Made by a program: the position numbers and the translations under genes. The notes under the pieces are model-generated. The model did not search any database and was not told the origin of the DNA. It was given only the letters and a program-made list of their open reading frames with translations. Positions 22,471 to 34,479 of a DNA stretch of 64,000 bases are shown one piece after another; the stretch's first letter is position 1; every line of letters starts with the position of its first letter. Source of the DNA: Selaginella moellendorffii (Eukaryota > Plantae > Lycopodiophyta); NCBI RefSeq assembly GCF_000143415.4, contig NW_003314265.1, forward strand, positions 448,405 to 512,404, written 5' to 3'.

Positions 22471-25128
22471 ATGAGCACTGCTCTGAGAATCGATCGACGC
22501 GAGAATCTCATCCAACTCCTTCGATCCTGCAAGAATCTCACCGACGCGCGGCGGGCTCACACTCGGATCTTCGAGGAGCTCGGCGATCGCGCTGCCACTG
22601 ACGACGTCTTCCTCGCGAATTCGCTCGTCCAGAGCTATGGCCGCTGCGGCAGCGCCGAGGATTCGCGCTGGGTCTTCGACGCGACGAGAGCCAAGAATGC
22701 GCATTCCTGGGTCTCGATGCTCGCGGCGTACGCGCATAACGGGCATCTGGACGAGGCCAAGAGATTCTTCGCGGCGATGCCCGACAAGAACAGGAGCGAT
22801 CCCGTGGCTTGCAATATCCTCATCGGCGTCCACTCGCAGTGCGGCGAAATCGGCGAGGCTAAGAGGCTCTTCGATCAAGCGCCGGATCGCACAGTCGTCT
22901 CCTACAACACCTTGATCCAGGCGTTTGCTCGTAGCGGGCATTTGATTTATGCGAAGTGGATGTTCCATTCCATGCCCGAAAGAAGCATCGTCTCCTGGAA
23001 CTCCATCATCAGTGCGTGTGGAGAGCACGGCCTGGTCCAGGAAACCAAAGAAATCTTCGATAGAGCACCGCAGCGGAATGTAATCTCCTGGAACGCGATG
23101 ATCCAAGCGTATTCTTCGAGCGGGCATCTGGGAGATGCGTCGGCTCTGTTCCAGACGATGCGAGAGAGATCCGTAATATCCTGGACAGTGATGATCGTCG
23201 GCTACGCTCACAGCGGCGAGCTCGAATCTGCCAGCGCCGCGTTTGATAGGATGCCGGAGCGCGGCGTCGCCGCCTGGAACGCGATCATCAGCGCACACGG
23301 CCAGAGCAAGAATCTTACCGCCGCCGAGAGGCTCTTCGATTCGATGCCGGAGCGTAGCACCGTGTCGTGGAACGCGATGCTCCAGCTCCTCGCGGACAGC
23401 GGCGAGATCGATCGCGCGAAGGAGCTCTTCGCTAGGGTTCCTCGTCGCGACGTGATCTCGTGGAACACGGCGGTGAAGCTCCACGCCGAGCTGGGAGACG
23501 TGGATGGCGCGATGGGCCTCTTCCACAAAATGCCGCAGTGGAATTCCATCTCGTGGAACATCCTCTTCCACGCGTGTGGCAGCGTGGAGGAATCTAAGCA
23601 TCTGTACGACACGATGCCCGTCCACGGCATCGAATCCTGGACGACCATGCTGTCCACGTATGCCGCCGGTCACCACCTGGAGCCCGCGCGCGCAATTTTT
23701 GAAAAGATTCCCCAGCGCAGCTTGGTGACGTGGAATGCGATGCTGACTGGGTATGCCACGCCAGGGCATCTAGAGCGCGTGTTAGGGTTCTTCGAGGCGA
23801 TGCCCGAGAGGAATGTGATCTCGTGGAACGCGATCGTGGAGGCGAATGGAGGGGAGGGGCGGATCGATGTGGCGAGGGCGGCATTCGATTCCATGCCCCA
23901 TCGCGACGTGGCGTCGTGGACGGTGATGCTCCAGGCGTGCGCGAGCAATGGGAGCTTGGATCGCGCGAAAGAGCTCTTTGATTCGATGCCGGAGAGGGAT
24001 GTGGTATGCTGGAACGCGATGCTGGCGGCGTATGGCGGCGGCGGCAGCTCGATCGAGGCGGCGGAGGGGATCTTCGCGGCGATGCCAAGGCGCAATTTGG
24101 TGTCGTGGAACGCGATGATCCAGGCGTACGCCGCCGGCGAACGGATCCGAGACGCGCAGCGCGCATTCGATTCCATGCCGCGTGGAGGCGACGATCCGCG
24201 CGCCAATCTCTTTGCTCTGACCACGATGCTCGTCGCCCACGCCGCCGCCGGCGACGTCCATCGCTCCAAGGCGCTCTTCGACGCCAACAAGAAGCACGAC
24301 GTAGCACTATGGAACGCGATGGTGGCAGCGTACGGACAAAGTGGCCAGCTGGTTCAGGCGAAGGCGGTGTACGACAAAATGCCCGAGGTGAGCTCGGTGT
24401 CCGAGACCACCATTTTAACCGTGCTTGCGCACAACGGTCACCTGTCCGCGGCCCGGGAGTGCTTCCACTCCATGGCCGAGACGACCATCGTTGCTCAGAC
24501 CGCCATGCTAGCGGCGTACGCTCAGAACGGGCACGTCAAGGAAGCCAAAGAGCTCTTCGACTCCATGCCCCGGACGAGCTTTGTGTCGTGGAACGCCATG
24601 GTCACCGCTTATGCCCAGAATGGCCATCCCCGGGAGGCTCTGGAGCTCTTCCACTCGATGGTTCTTCACGGCGAGAGGCCGGATGAGATGACTTTCTCGA
24701 GTATCCTGCTCGCTAGCAGCCACAACGGGATGGCGGACAGGGGCTGGAGCTACTTTGCGTCGATGGTGCCGGACTACTGCGTGAGGCCCGTGAGGGATCA
24801 CTTCTACTGCATGGTCGATGCGTTTGGACGGGCCGGACGCTTGGCCGAGGCAATGGAACTCGCGGAGAGAATGCCGTTTGAGGCTGATGTTGTGGTTTGG
24901 AGGAGCCTGCTGGGGGCTTGTCGAACGAGCCGGGACGTGGAGACCGGAGCTTTTGTAGCCCATAAGTTGTTTGAAGCGGATCCCGGGGACTCGGTGGCCT
25001 ACACTATTCTTGCTGGGATGTATGCCACCGCTGGAATGAAAGACGAGGAAGCCAAAGTGATGAAGCTGATGGAACAAAACTGTGATAACAAGAACCACCA
25101 AGTGAGTCAGCCACCACTGCTCGAATGA
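22471..25128 (+). CDS. Long PLS-class PPR protein with E domain, no DYW
   Basis: Intronless 885-aa ORF with more than 20 tandem ~31-aa repeats, HFYCMVDAFGRAG, VWRSLLGAC and AYTILAGMYA. Confidence 0.95.
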   Translation: MSTALRIDRRENLIQLLRSCKNLTDARRAHTRIFEELGDRAATDDVFLANSLVQSYGRCGSAEDSRWVFDATRAKNAHSWVSMLAAYAHNGHLDEAKRFFAAMPDKNRSDPVACNILIGVHSQCGEIGEAKRLFDQAPDRTVVSYNTLIQAFARSGHLIYAKWMFHSMPERSIVSWNSIISACGEHGLVQETKEIFDRAPQRNVISWNAMIQAYSSSGHLGDASALFQTMRERSVISWTVMIVGYAHSGELESASAAFDRMPERGVAAWNAIISAHGQSKNLTAAERLFDSMPERSTVSWNAMLQLLADSGEIDRAKELFARVPRRDVISWNTAVKLHAELGDVDGAMGLFHKMPQWNSISWNILFHACGSVEESKHLYDTMPVHGIESWTTMLSTYAAGHHLEPARAIFEKIPQRSLVTWNAMLTGYATPGHLERVLGFFEAMPERNVISWNAIVEANGGEGRIDVARAAFDSMPHRDVASWTVMLQACASNGSLDRAKELFDSMPERDVVCWNAMLAAYGGGGSSIEAAEGIFAAMPRRNLVSWNAMIQAYAAGERIRDAQRAFDSMPRGGDDPRANLFALTTMLVAHAAAGDVHRSKALFDANKKHDVALWNAMVAAYGQSGQLVQAKAVYDKMPEVSSVSETTILTVLAHNGHLSAARECFHSMAETTIVAQTAMLAAYAQNGHVKEAKELFDSMPRTSFVSWNAMVTAYAQNGHPREALELFHSMVLHGERPDEMTFSSILLASSHNGMADRGWSYFASMVPDYCVRPVRDHFYCMVDAFGRAGRLAEAMELAERMPFEADVVVWRSLLGACRTSRDVETGAFVAHKLFEADPGDSVAYTILAGMYATAGMKDEEAKVMKLMEQNCDNKNHQVSQPPLLE

Positions 25129-25225
25129 TAGATTCTTACCTCGCTAGAACAGTTAACTGGAACGAATTGATATCGTTGATGGCGATCACAAAATGGTGGT
25201 AACCATTCTTATACCTGTACATTAA

Positions 25226-28200
25226 CTAACTCGCGCTAATCAAAGCAGCTGCCAGCTGCTCTTCTAGGAATCTCACCCTCTCTACCTGAGTAAAGAATGC
25301 TGTGAATAACAAAACTAGCATACCAGTAATGTTGTTGCAGTGTTGGTTCGTCATAGCTTTAGTGCCGAATCTCCCGGAATTTCTTGTTGTCAAGACAGGC
25401 AAACTATTCACCTGTGAGCTCGAGATGAAATGCCGAATCTGGACGTCAGACTCACGTATGCGGTCCGTCAAAACCTCAATCTTCCCGTACATAAAATCAA
25501 TTGTTTCCTGGGACCTGGCGTTGGCACTTAAAAGCGCGGCGTTTTCCTGAAATTACGCAGTCAGTCGGCAATTGACAAGTAGCTCTCGAGGTTGTAGTTG
25601 TTTTTACTGACAGCGAAAAGGAGCTTGTTGACACTCTTGGTATTCATCAGCTGTGAAATACATTGCTCCAACACATGCTTCAACTGGATTTCCGTTTCCG
25701 TGAGTTCTGTTATTCTGCAAGGGGAAAAGTATGTAAGTCTGCGAAAGGCAATGGAAAACAGTTTTCACCTTGAATAATATGCGTCAGAAAACTTTCTCCT
25801 GTCGAGATTACACTGCAAACAATAAAGTTATACATCAGTTGCAATTATATATCCTACACTGACATCTACCGCAAAACAAAGGCTATAACAATCACGACCC
25901 ACCTGATGCCTGCTACAAGTAGAACCTCGTCCTTCTCAGCCTATATTCTTGATAGAAATTCTCCTTACTACACTAGTACTACCCCCCAGACAACACATAT
26001 TGTAACGAGCGGGTTAGCTTCCCTCTAGCTATCCTCACAGCCCAATCAGATCCACAAGCTTTATGAACGACCACCATAGCAGATCATAAACCATTTCGAA
26101 GCAGGAGATGCTTCTCACCTGTTGGTCAATCTCATCCATTCTCTCAACTTCGTCTGTATATCTTCCCTTTGGTTCGAGTTGCTGTCGCGCACTACACTCA
26201 CTTTCCTTCTCTAAAGTCAGACACTCGAGCCCGTTAGTTTGCTTATCACTGACGCCCAGCATGGCCGTCCACATAAAGTCTTTTGCTTCCTGCATCACCT
26301 AGTTAGAAGTCTCTCCAGGAAAACAATGTCAAGTTTCTTACTTGGATGGCAGACAAGACTAAAGATCGGCAGTCTTTAAAAACGTCCTCCAGAATCCCTG
26401 CATGTGCTATACCCACGACCGCCTCCTTCTCCAAGTGTGCGACGTGTTTCTCCAGCTCTTGCCGAAAGAGCACTTCTTGCAATAAATCCTCCTGAAAAAC
26501 AAAAATTAAGAAATTCTAAAACCATGCGCCAGCGACTACCTCTAAGCACTTCTTTTCTACCATTGAAGAGTAAAGCTCTGTCCTCATTCGTGTCAGCTCC
26601 TCGTCCTGTTTAAAACAATAATCACAAGCCCTTCAATTCTAATTGTTACCTTGGAAACGAGGGATTGCTGCAGCACGTCATATTGTGTCTGTAAATCAGA
26701 TGATTCAAACTCATCCTACATAAACAGATGAATCAGCCACAAAACTGAAACTGAGTAAGAAATAAACTTACAGCCAAATTCTTTACGGCAATATCAGTAG
26801 CAGAAGACATTGAGTCCGTATTGTCACTTCTCAAGTAGCCTTTATTCATACTTATCCACGTCTCCTCGTCAGCAACATTTTCGAAATCTGACGGAATTGA
26901 AACCACCTCCGCTTGTGTTTCCTCTAGAGGAGTATCGTTGAAGTTGCTGTCGTCGTCAAAGAGCATTTCAAAGGCCACTGGAGTAAGATCTGTATCCTTC
27001 CTAGCGGAAACCATTGGAGATTCCAAGTTTACAGAATCCTGTATCAAGGTCAATGGTGAAACCCATGGTAAAGGCAGCATGTACCTTTAGAGAGTTTGGA
27101 GTGACCAAGCGTGGACACCATGTTTCACGCCGATTGCTCTGAACATGTAATCGTAAGGAGAAAACCCAAATAGCGAAAATGGCAGTACCTTTCTTGATGG
27201 TTTGCGATCATCCCACGTAGAACTAATCACTAGAGTGCTCAGGTTTTCAATCTTTCGCTCCTGTTCTTGAATCCTTATCTCGCGGTCTTTTTGAGCTTTT
27301 TTCTCTTCCTCAAGCTCCAGAGCCAGTCTTTCACGTTCTAGCTCGAACTGGCCACAAGATCATCGGTAAGTTATATTCCATTGTCAATGACAAAGACACT
27401 AACCTTTAACAGATCATTCCTCAAGTTCAATATTTCCTTCTCCAAAACTTCAGATCTCGTACCCTGAATCCACTAAGTTAGGCAGAGATTAACGTGTTCG
27501 TATGATATCCAAACCTGCAGTTTCATTCGTAATACTTCGATTTCTTTCTTTTGCCGTTTCAGCAAGGCTGCATCTGTGATTGTCTATCGCATAGTAGCTA
27601 TGTCAGAGCAAGTTTCCTGGTCGGGCAAACAGTACCTCATTAATTTGTGCACATGTTGAAACCCGTTTAGCTCTGCTGGCAAACAGCAAAGTTCCTCGTG
27701 TCTCATCAAGCTGCATCTGTGAATTAACTTGTGTCAATTATCAAGGACATGCAGAACCATCCGCAACGTTACCTCATCCGGAGTAATTGTGCAGATGACG
27801 GCAGTTTTAGCATTTCCATCCAAAGCAGACTGCAGAATCCGAGTTAACTNNNNNNNNNNNNNNNNNNNNNNNNNNNNNNNNNNNNNNNNNNNNNNNNNNN
27901 NNNNNNNNNNNNNNNNNNNNNNNNNNNNNNNNNNNNNNNNNNNNNNNNNNNNNNNNNNNNNNNNNNNNNNNNNNNNNNNNNNNNNNNNNNNNNNNNNNNN
28001 NNNNNNNNNNNNNNNNNNNNNNNNNNNNNNNNNNNNNNNNNNNNNNNNNNNNNNNNNNNNNNNNNNNNNNNNNNNNNNNNNNNNNNNNNNNNNNNNNNNN
28101 NNNNNNNNNNNNNNNNNNNNNNNNNNNNNNNNNNNNNNNNNNNNNNNNNNNNNNNNNNNNNNNNNNNNNNNNNNNNNNNNNNNNNNNNNNNNNNNNNNNN

Positions 28201-29152
28201 NNNNNNNNNNNNNNNNNNNNNNNNNNNNNNNNNNNNNNNNNNNNNNNNNNNNNNNNNNNNNNNNNNNNNNNNNNNNNNNNNNNNNNNNNNNNNNNNNNNN
28301 NNNNNNNNNNNGGTAAGCTGAAAGTTAACAAACAATAATTTCTAGGCATTTCAATCTGACGCTTACCTTCTCCAAATTTGAGGAACTCAAAGACCTGATC
28401 TGGACTGCTCACAATCTCTTCGCGTAATCCTGCCACAAAAATCCCCCTCTGAAGCTCTTTTCAGTAAAGTCCAAAACACAAACAGGATCAATCAAAATAC
28501 ATACGACGGAGTTTTCATGTATCCGAAGCTTCCGATTTTCAGGAGCAAGCAAGTCGTTGATTTCTTCCTTGTATATTTCCATGTATGAAACCCGAATCAA
28601 GAACTCCCTGTCTAGTATCTGCAAAGAAGCAAATAAGCTCCACAGAGAACAGATTTAATTACACAAACACTCTGAATGGTGCTGAAAACGTCGCATATAG
28701 CACGATGGATAAGCCCAGGATCCCGCTCAGACCCACGCATTGTATAGGTTTTGCCACTGCTGGTTTGGCCATAAGCAAAAATTGTTCCTGGAGCAACAAA
28801 AATAAGGAAAAGGGAAAAAAAAAACAATGAGAGCCAAACAACTCTGAAAAACGAAAGAGACCATTGAATCCTTGAAGCCCAGATAGAACGAGATCCTTGG
28901 CATGGATCTCATACACGCTTGCATTGGTCGCATCCTTGGTAAATATTTGATCTATCGAAACGGAGAACACGATCAATCACAATCAATGCCCTACTTACCA
29001 AACATGTAGGATTGACCCAGCACAGGTGCGCCGAGCGCATTGTACAGTGCGATCGTTCTAGCCCCAAGCTTCCATTGGCTGCCTCTCACAAGCTCCTGCC
29101 TGATCGGCGGCCTCACCCGGATCGCGACCGAAATCTTCTCGCCCTGCTGCAT
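25226..29152 (-). CDS. Kinesin-7 (CENP-E-like) motor protein, many exons, interrupted by an assembly gap
   Basis: [61 protein letters not shown], then coiled-coil exons. 3' end approximate. Confidence 0.9.
27850..28311. other. Assembly gap (N run) inside the kinesin motor domain
   Basis: Run of N. Confidence 1.
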
Positions 29153-29545
29153 TGCCGCCCTGGATCAGTCGAAACCCCCAGAGCACGCGAAACCGCGATC
29201 GCGAGCTCTTCGTCTAGCTATAATGAAGAACCCTAGGCCCAGAGATATTGTGGCAACGTACACTAGGTTTCCCGCGCGTTTTTTGAATTGCAGAGAACAG
29301 AAAAGATTCATTGTGCCGCCTGACGAGCTTCTAATATAAGGTGGATTCCTTCGACCAGCAATGCGACAATCCGAAAAGTTTCACTTCGAGGTAAAAGGTG
29401 ATTCTCGTAATGGTCAAAGATAAATTCTTCTTCAAAGAAGTGTAGTCAAGAAGACTTTGTCAACAATTTAACACGTAGAACAAAAGTCCACTTGGCACAG
29501 TAACTCTGGATGGATTGATCGATTCGATTGATTGATTTCATCGGC

Positions 29546-30154
29546 ATGGAATCGGCCTCCCAGAGAGATCCCCAAGCAGATGACCAAGTTGTTGAAGGAA
29601 TGGATCAGCAGCAGGAATCCGATGACCGCGGCGAAATGGAGATGATGCCCACCAAGGCGCTGGCCAAGACGATGATCACGCCCTTCACATTCGTGGCCTC
29701 CACTTGCTTCCAGACGGGGATTTCACTCATCAAGCCCGACGCGACGCGGGAGGAGAGAGGGCGATGCTTCCACTTGTTCCTGGCCGGGATCATCTCCACA
29801 GTCGGCACATTTTGGTCAGTTTTTCTCCTCATCCAGCGCAAGCGGAAGCCCAGCGAGGATCAGCGCCGGATCAACGAGTGCCTCTTCTTCCTCTTCTTCG
29901 CCGGGATCACGACCCTGATCTGGCCTCTCATTTACAGCATTCTTACTGTCCTTTTTCACTGCCCACACGGCACCGCCAACGTGATCGTTAGCGTCTGCAC
30001 CGGAATCACGACGCTATACCTCGCTTCGATCATCCGCTGGATCGCCAAGCTCGAAAAATTCCTCCGGCGGATCAAGCTCCCGTGTAGCCTCTTTGCAATC
30101 ATTGTCACGATCATCTTCACGGTCAACGGCCTGGGATACATGCTCTACACATAG
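29546..30154 (+). CDS. Unknown intronless multi-pass membrane protein (~202 aa)
   Basis: ORF with acidic N-terminus and about 4-5 hydrophobic segments; no family recognised. Confidence 0.6.
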   Translation: MESASQRDPQADDQVVEGMDQQQESDDRGEMEMMPTKALAKTMITPFTFVASTCFQTGISLIKPDATREERGRCFHLFLAGIISTVGTFWSVFLLIQRKRKPSEDQRRINECLFFLFFAGITTLIWPLIYSILTVLFHCPHGTANVIVSVCTGITTLYLASIIRWIAKLEKFLRRIKLPCSLFAIIVTIIFTVNGLGYMLYT

Positions 30155-30184
30155 AGAAAAGCTGTTGCTTCACCATTAGTATAA

Positions 30185-30308
30185 GCCGACCTAGCTCAGC
30201 TGNNNNNNNNNNNNNNNNNNNNNNNNNNNNNNNNNNNNNNNNNNNNNNNNNNNNNNNNNNNNNNNNNNNNNNNNNNNNNNNNNNNNNNNNNNNNNNNNNN
30301 NNACGGCG
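30185..30308 (+). tRNA. Probable tRNA gene(s), Lys-like 5' end, interrupted by a 100-N gap
   Basis: GCCGACCTAGCTCAGCTG (tRNA 5' end with A box) precedes the gap at 30203-30302, and ACGGCG (tRNA 3'-end-like) follows it. Confidence 0.55.
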
Positions 30309-30375
30309 ATGCATTGTTTGTGTTTAAAGTCTTTTAATCATCTCCATGTTTGCGGCTTCGAAAGTTTCTTGAGCT

Positions 30376-31872
30376 ATGGGGATCTTCCGGAAGAAGATGG
30401 GAAAGCCCCTCAGCGAGGAGGGGCGGATAAAACGCGCAGCAATTCGGCTCCGCAGGATCTACAGACTGTATGGAAACCCAGAGGCCGAGGTGGAGGCACT
30501 GACGACCAGGCTCTTGGAGGCTGACAACTTGCTCGAGGTGCGGACGACTTACGAGATCATCTGCACGCAAACTCACACCCGAGACAACCGCGAGCTCAAG
30601 AACGTGACGATCCAGGCATTTGGAAAGTGGGGTGGCGTGGAGGAAGCCCGCCAAGTGTTTGACGCCATTCGCCACCCAAGGAACGAGGCATACCGGGCGA
30701 TCTTTGAGGCCTACGTGAACAACGGGCATTTGGAGGATGCCCGGCGGGTCTTCTCATCTCTCCCTCGAGCAAAGTCGTCGTGGTGGATCCAGATGATGGC
30801 GGCGTACGCCCGCTACGGCAAGGTGGCGGAGGCGAGCGAGATCTACAACTGGATGCCGCACAAAAAGGCCCTCGGGTGGAGCTTGCTGCTCATTGCGTAC
30901 GCGAGAAACGGCCTGGTTGACGAGGCCAGCGAGATGCTCCAGAGCGTCCCAGCCTCGGATTCCATTGCCGCAAATGCGGTTCTAGCAGCATTCGCTCGGG
31001 CAGGGAATGTGGTGGCAGCGAAGGAGCTGTTCGATTCCATGCCCGCCAGGACTTCCGGGAGCTGGAACTCGCTCGCGCAGGCATATGCCCAGGCAGGGCA
31101 TCTTGCCGAGTGCGTCAAGGCCGCCAACTTGATGCCGGAGACGACGCGGGGGACGTGGGTGGCCATGATCAGGGCGTACGGAGACCACGGCATGGTGGCG
31201 GAGGCCCGTACAGCCTTCGACAATTTGCCCCGGGTGACTGTCGACGCATGCAACACCCTGATCGTGGCGTATGCCCGTAACGGGCATCTGGTTGAGGCAA
31301 AGGAGCTGTTCGACGCGATGCTGGTGAGGAGCACCGTCACCTGGGCGTCCATCATGGAGGCGTGCACCATGAACAATCTCGCGGGGCAAGCGCTGGAGAT
31401 TTTCCACTGGGAGAATTGCTCGGGGCAGCTGATGCCGGATCAGGTGGTCCTCTCGGCGGTTCTTAGCGCGCATTCTTGGCTCGGGTGCCTAGACGATGCG
31501 GCGGGGATCATCCGCGACATGGCCTCGGACTACGGCATCCGGCCGAGAGTGGAGCACTACTGCGCGATCCTGGCAATGCTGACGAGCCGATCAGAGCTGG
31601 GAGATGCCGAGGATCTTGCAGCAAGCATGCCGTTCGTGGCCCCGGCCTCGGCGTGGAAGCTGCTCCTGGACGTGTGTAAGATCCGTCGGGACAGCGCCCG
31701 GGCAAGGCGAGTGGCGGAGGAGATAGTCAGGCTGGATCCCAGCGGTCGCGCAGAGCCATTCATGGTAGTAGCCGGCCTCTACTTCCGCGAGGGCCGGCCG
31801 CAAGAGGCCGTGGATCTCATGCTGGAGAAGGGGCTGGCCGGTCAAGATGTTGACCTTTTGACCCGTGGCTAG
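30376..31872 (+). CDS. Divergent PLS-class PPR protein with E-like domain
   Basis: 498-aa ORF with AYARNG repeats, EHYCAILAML and AWKLLLDVC. Confidence 0.9.
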   Translation: MGIFRKKMGKPLSEEGRIKRAAIRLRRIYRLYGNPEAEVEALTTRLLEADNLLEVRTTYEIICTQTHTRDNRELKNVTIQAFGKWGGVEEARQVFDAIRHPRNEAYRAIFEAYVNNGHLEDARRVFSSLPRAKSSWWIQMMAAYARYGKVAEASEIYNWMPHKKALGWSLLLIAYARNGLVDEASEMLQSVPASDSIAANAVLAAFARAGNVVAAKELFDSMPARTSGSWNSLAQAYAQAGHLAECVKAANLMPETTRGTWVAMIRAYGDHGMVAEARTAFDNLPRVTVDACNTLIVAYARNGHLVEAKELFDAMLVRSTVTWASIMEACTMNNLAGQALEIFHWENCSGQLMPDQVVLSAVLSAHSWLGCLDDAAGIIRDMASDYGIRPRVEHYCAILAMLTSRSELGDAEDLAASMPFVAPASAWKLLLDVCKIRRDSARARRVAEEIVRLDPSGRAEPFMVVAGLYFREGRPQEAVDLMLEKGLAGQDVDLLTRG

Positions 31873-31877
31873 TCTTT

Positions 31878-32076
31878 GACCGAAGGATATCCTCCCAAGC
31901 GTGGAATGACTATATTTACTCTATTAAGCACTGGCCGTCCCAAACTGGAGGAGTGAACGTTGTAATTGTCCTATGGATAAAGAAGCCTGCCATCTTCCCA
32001 AAGTGGAGGAGTGGACGTCATAATTTGTGGAAGTTGAGGGCTCGCGTATGCTCCGAATTGTAAGCCCTATAAGATG
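31878..32076 (+). pseudogene. U1 snRNA relic: two 3'-half fragments plus flank remnants
   Basis: 31985-32048 nearly matches the SL3/Sm/SL4 part of the U1 gene at 36945-37007. A shorter second copy lies at 31932-31967. Flanks gaccgaaggatat and aagcccta are shared with the intact gene. Confidence 0.85.
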
Positions 32077-32619
32077 TATCTTCCAGTAGACCCCAAGTTG
32101 TGACAATGCCCTCTTGTGAGACGTCAATGCAAAAACAAGCTTAATAAAGCATCCAATTTTAAAAAACTTCTTAAAAACAAGGAAAATAATTTATGACAAA
32201 ACAACCATTTTAATTTTGACCTTTTCTAATGGTTCTAAATGCAAATTGAAAAATCATTTCTAATAATTAACACAAAGATTCATTTATAAACCAATGTAAA
32301 ATCCCATAAACCAATATGAATATGGTATAAAACAATGTATCAACAAGTTGAGGCATAAAAATCAACTCAAAAGAATCCAAAAGGTTGTCCCCTCAAAAGT
32401 TGATCCTTTCCTTGTAAATGAGAAACTAAACATGCAATAAAACCACCCCATTTTTGTCCTTCCAAAACACAAATAGTTTTAATTGCTTAAAAACCAAGAG
32501 TGACCATGTATGAACAACGTTCCAAACCAACATCAGGATGTTAGTTTAAAATGCTGGTTTATCCAAACCACTTCCACGGCCAAAAAACCAACCTTTTGGA
32601 GGTGATGTGAGATACAAAA

Positions 32620-32740
32620 TCAATTGTATCTCTAGCAACTCTGGCAAATCAGGACACCTTGGTCCAGCATAAATCAAACTGGCGATGGCCCCCTTGAGCT
32701 TCGGAGGACATTCCCTGCAAAGAGGAGATAAGAGATTAAA
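32620..32740 (-). pseudogene. Captured fragment of the IST1-like gene (intron acceptor plus exon)
   Basis: Encodes ECPPKLKGAIASLIYAGPRCPDLPELLEIQ, near-identical to ~46030-46145 including the intronic ctttgcag. Confidence 0.9.
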
Positions 32741-32741
32741 C

Positions 32742-33121
32742 CTGCTGCTTCTCTCGTTTCTTCTGCTTATGAAGCACGAGCACTGCATCATCATAAATTC
32801 TTGCAGGATTCCATGGTCCAACTCTCGCAGACTTACAATCTCGAGATCCCGGTGGTGACAACAGTGCTCAAAGGAAAGAGCTCACCTATACTCCCAGCAG
32901 TGATCAAACGGAGGAGCTCGCCTATCCACCCAGGACCAAAACACGTTAGTGCATTCGAAAATGGATCTCCTCCAAGCATTGGCACCAAACAAGCTGTGAA
33001 ATCTGGAACTCCTTCAAATGGAAAGATCGTTCCGGGCCCTCCTCCAACTCGTAACACATTTGCAGGCTGGCTGCATTCAAGGCCACAGATTCATTGCGTC
33101 AATAAAACGAAAACATGTTAA
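32742..33121 (+). pseudogene. 5'-truncated copy 1 of the secreted peptide-precursor-like gene
   Basis: Homologous to 34949-35434 but lacks the signal peptide and one internal repeat. Confidence 0.85.
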
Positions 33122-33529
33122 ACGGCACTAAACACTAAACTCTGATTCTTTGTTAGAGAAAAACAGTTTATTTATTGGGTCACTTACTGAATCAGTGACG
33201 ATGGCCGGCCTGCAAATGGAGGGAGAAGTGGAAGAAAGAGCCCGAAGTTACCATACCTCTAGATCCTGTGATCATGCAAGAAACACAAAAAGTGGACGCC
33301 CCTTGGCATGCTTTGTATCCTTCTTGTAAAATAGTTTCTTGATCACAAGACTATAGAACTTAGGAAAGAGAGAAAACCACTTTCTTGTCTTTCAATCTAT
33401 TTCTTTAAGAGCCACGCAAACAAACTTTTGTTCGGTTGCTTCAATCCAGTTTTACAATTATCCTGCTCATAGATTTTTCTTCTCTAGTTCCTTGTTTCAA
33501 TCTTGTTTTTTCCTAAAAAATCAACACTG

Positions 33530-34410
33530 TATAACTAGAAAGATTTCCTTACAGATCAAACTACCTCCAGTTCCAGATTTCTGCACACTATTTTGCTCTG
33601 TAAGGGAAAGACCAAGGACACGAGAGAAAAGAAAGCATACCAAAGGACCTCCACTTCTTGCGTTTCTTGCAAGATTGCAGGATCTACAGGCATGGTAATT
33701 TCAGGCTCTTCCGGTTCTTCCACTTCTCCCTCGAGGGCATCCAAGAGCTTCTTCCTCTCGGCCTCTTGCGCCGCCTTGACCGTGGCATCCTGCTCGGCCT
33801 TGAGCTTCTTCATCTCTAGCTCCCGCTGTTTTCGCTCAAACCATGTATCGGCATCGGCCCAAACTGCAAAGATAGAATTCCAAATCAACAAGGTAAGACG
33901 AAGCTGTCGTGGAACAAATAGCAAAGAAAAATCAAAGAGACAAGAAGAAAAGTAATAGTTTAGAGAAAGAACTGACAAACAAGTGAACCAAAGGCAAGAG
34001 AAGTAAAACAACTGGCTTCGTTTAGGAATGAAGAACTAAAAGAAAAATCTTCAGCAAATCCATATACTCTATGAAGATGAAATCTAACGCAAAAAAAAAA
34101 AAAAAACGAGAAAGAAGGGAAATGGAAGAGAAAACTCACTTGGTTGAGATGCCCAGCCCTGTTCTCTTCCCTTGATCTTCATGGGCTGCGCGTAATTCAC
34201 CGTCAACAGTTTGCGAAAGAGCTCCGAGTTGTGCATGTTGTCCATGGCCGCCGCCGCATCGTCCCTTGATCCAGGGGCATTGTCACGTCCTTGATGTCGC
34301 CAAACGGATTCAAACCCCGTGGAGAACCCCCTCGTTCACATTCTCGTTGTCCAAAAATCTCGGAAGAAACAATGTGATCAATAACAGATTCTCCATGAAA
34401 CTTTAGGGTT
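33530..34410 (-). pseudogene. Pseudogene copy of the RRM gene at 48823
   Basis: [36 protein letters not shown]; RNP1 deleted with frameshift; intron retained. Confidence 0.9.
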
Positions 34411-34479
34411 CCAATGAATGCGACCACAAATGGCCAGAGCACTGCACGGGAGCCTAATGACGTGGAACACCATGCTGAC

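Noticed and set aside
22450-23769. 439-aa antisense ORF (and similar ones opposite other PPR and MYB genes)
   Set aside because: Shadow ORFs caused by GC-rich codon usage of the sense gene.
27729-28436. Long ORFs full of X
   Set aside because: Artefacts of the N gap.
32150-32600. AT-rich stretch as a MITE or Helitron end
   Set aside because: No terminal inverted repeats, target-site duplication or hairpin-CTRR end could be identified.
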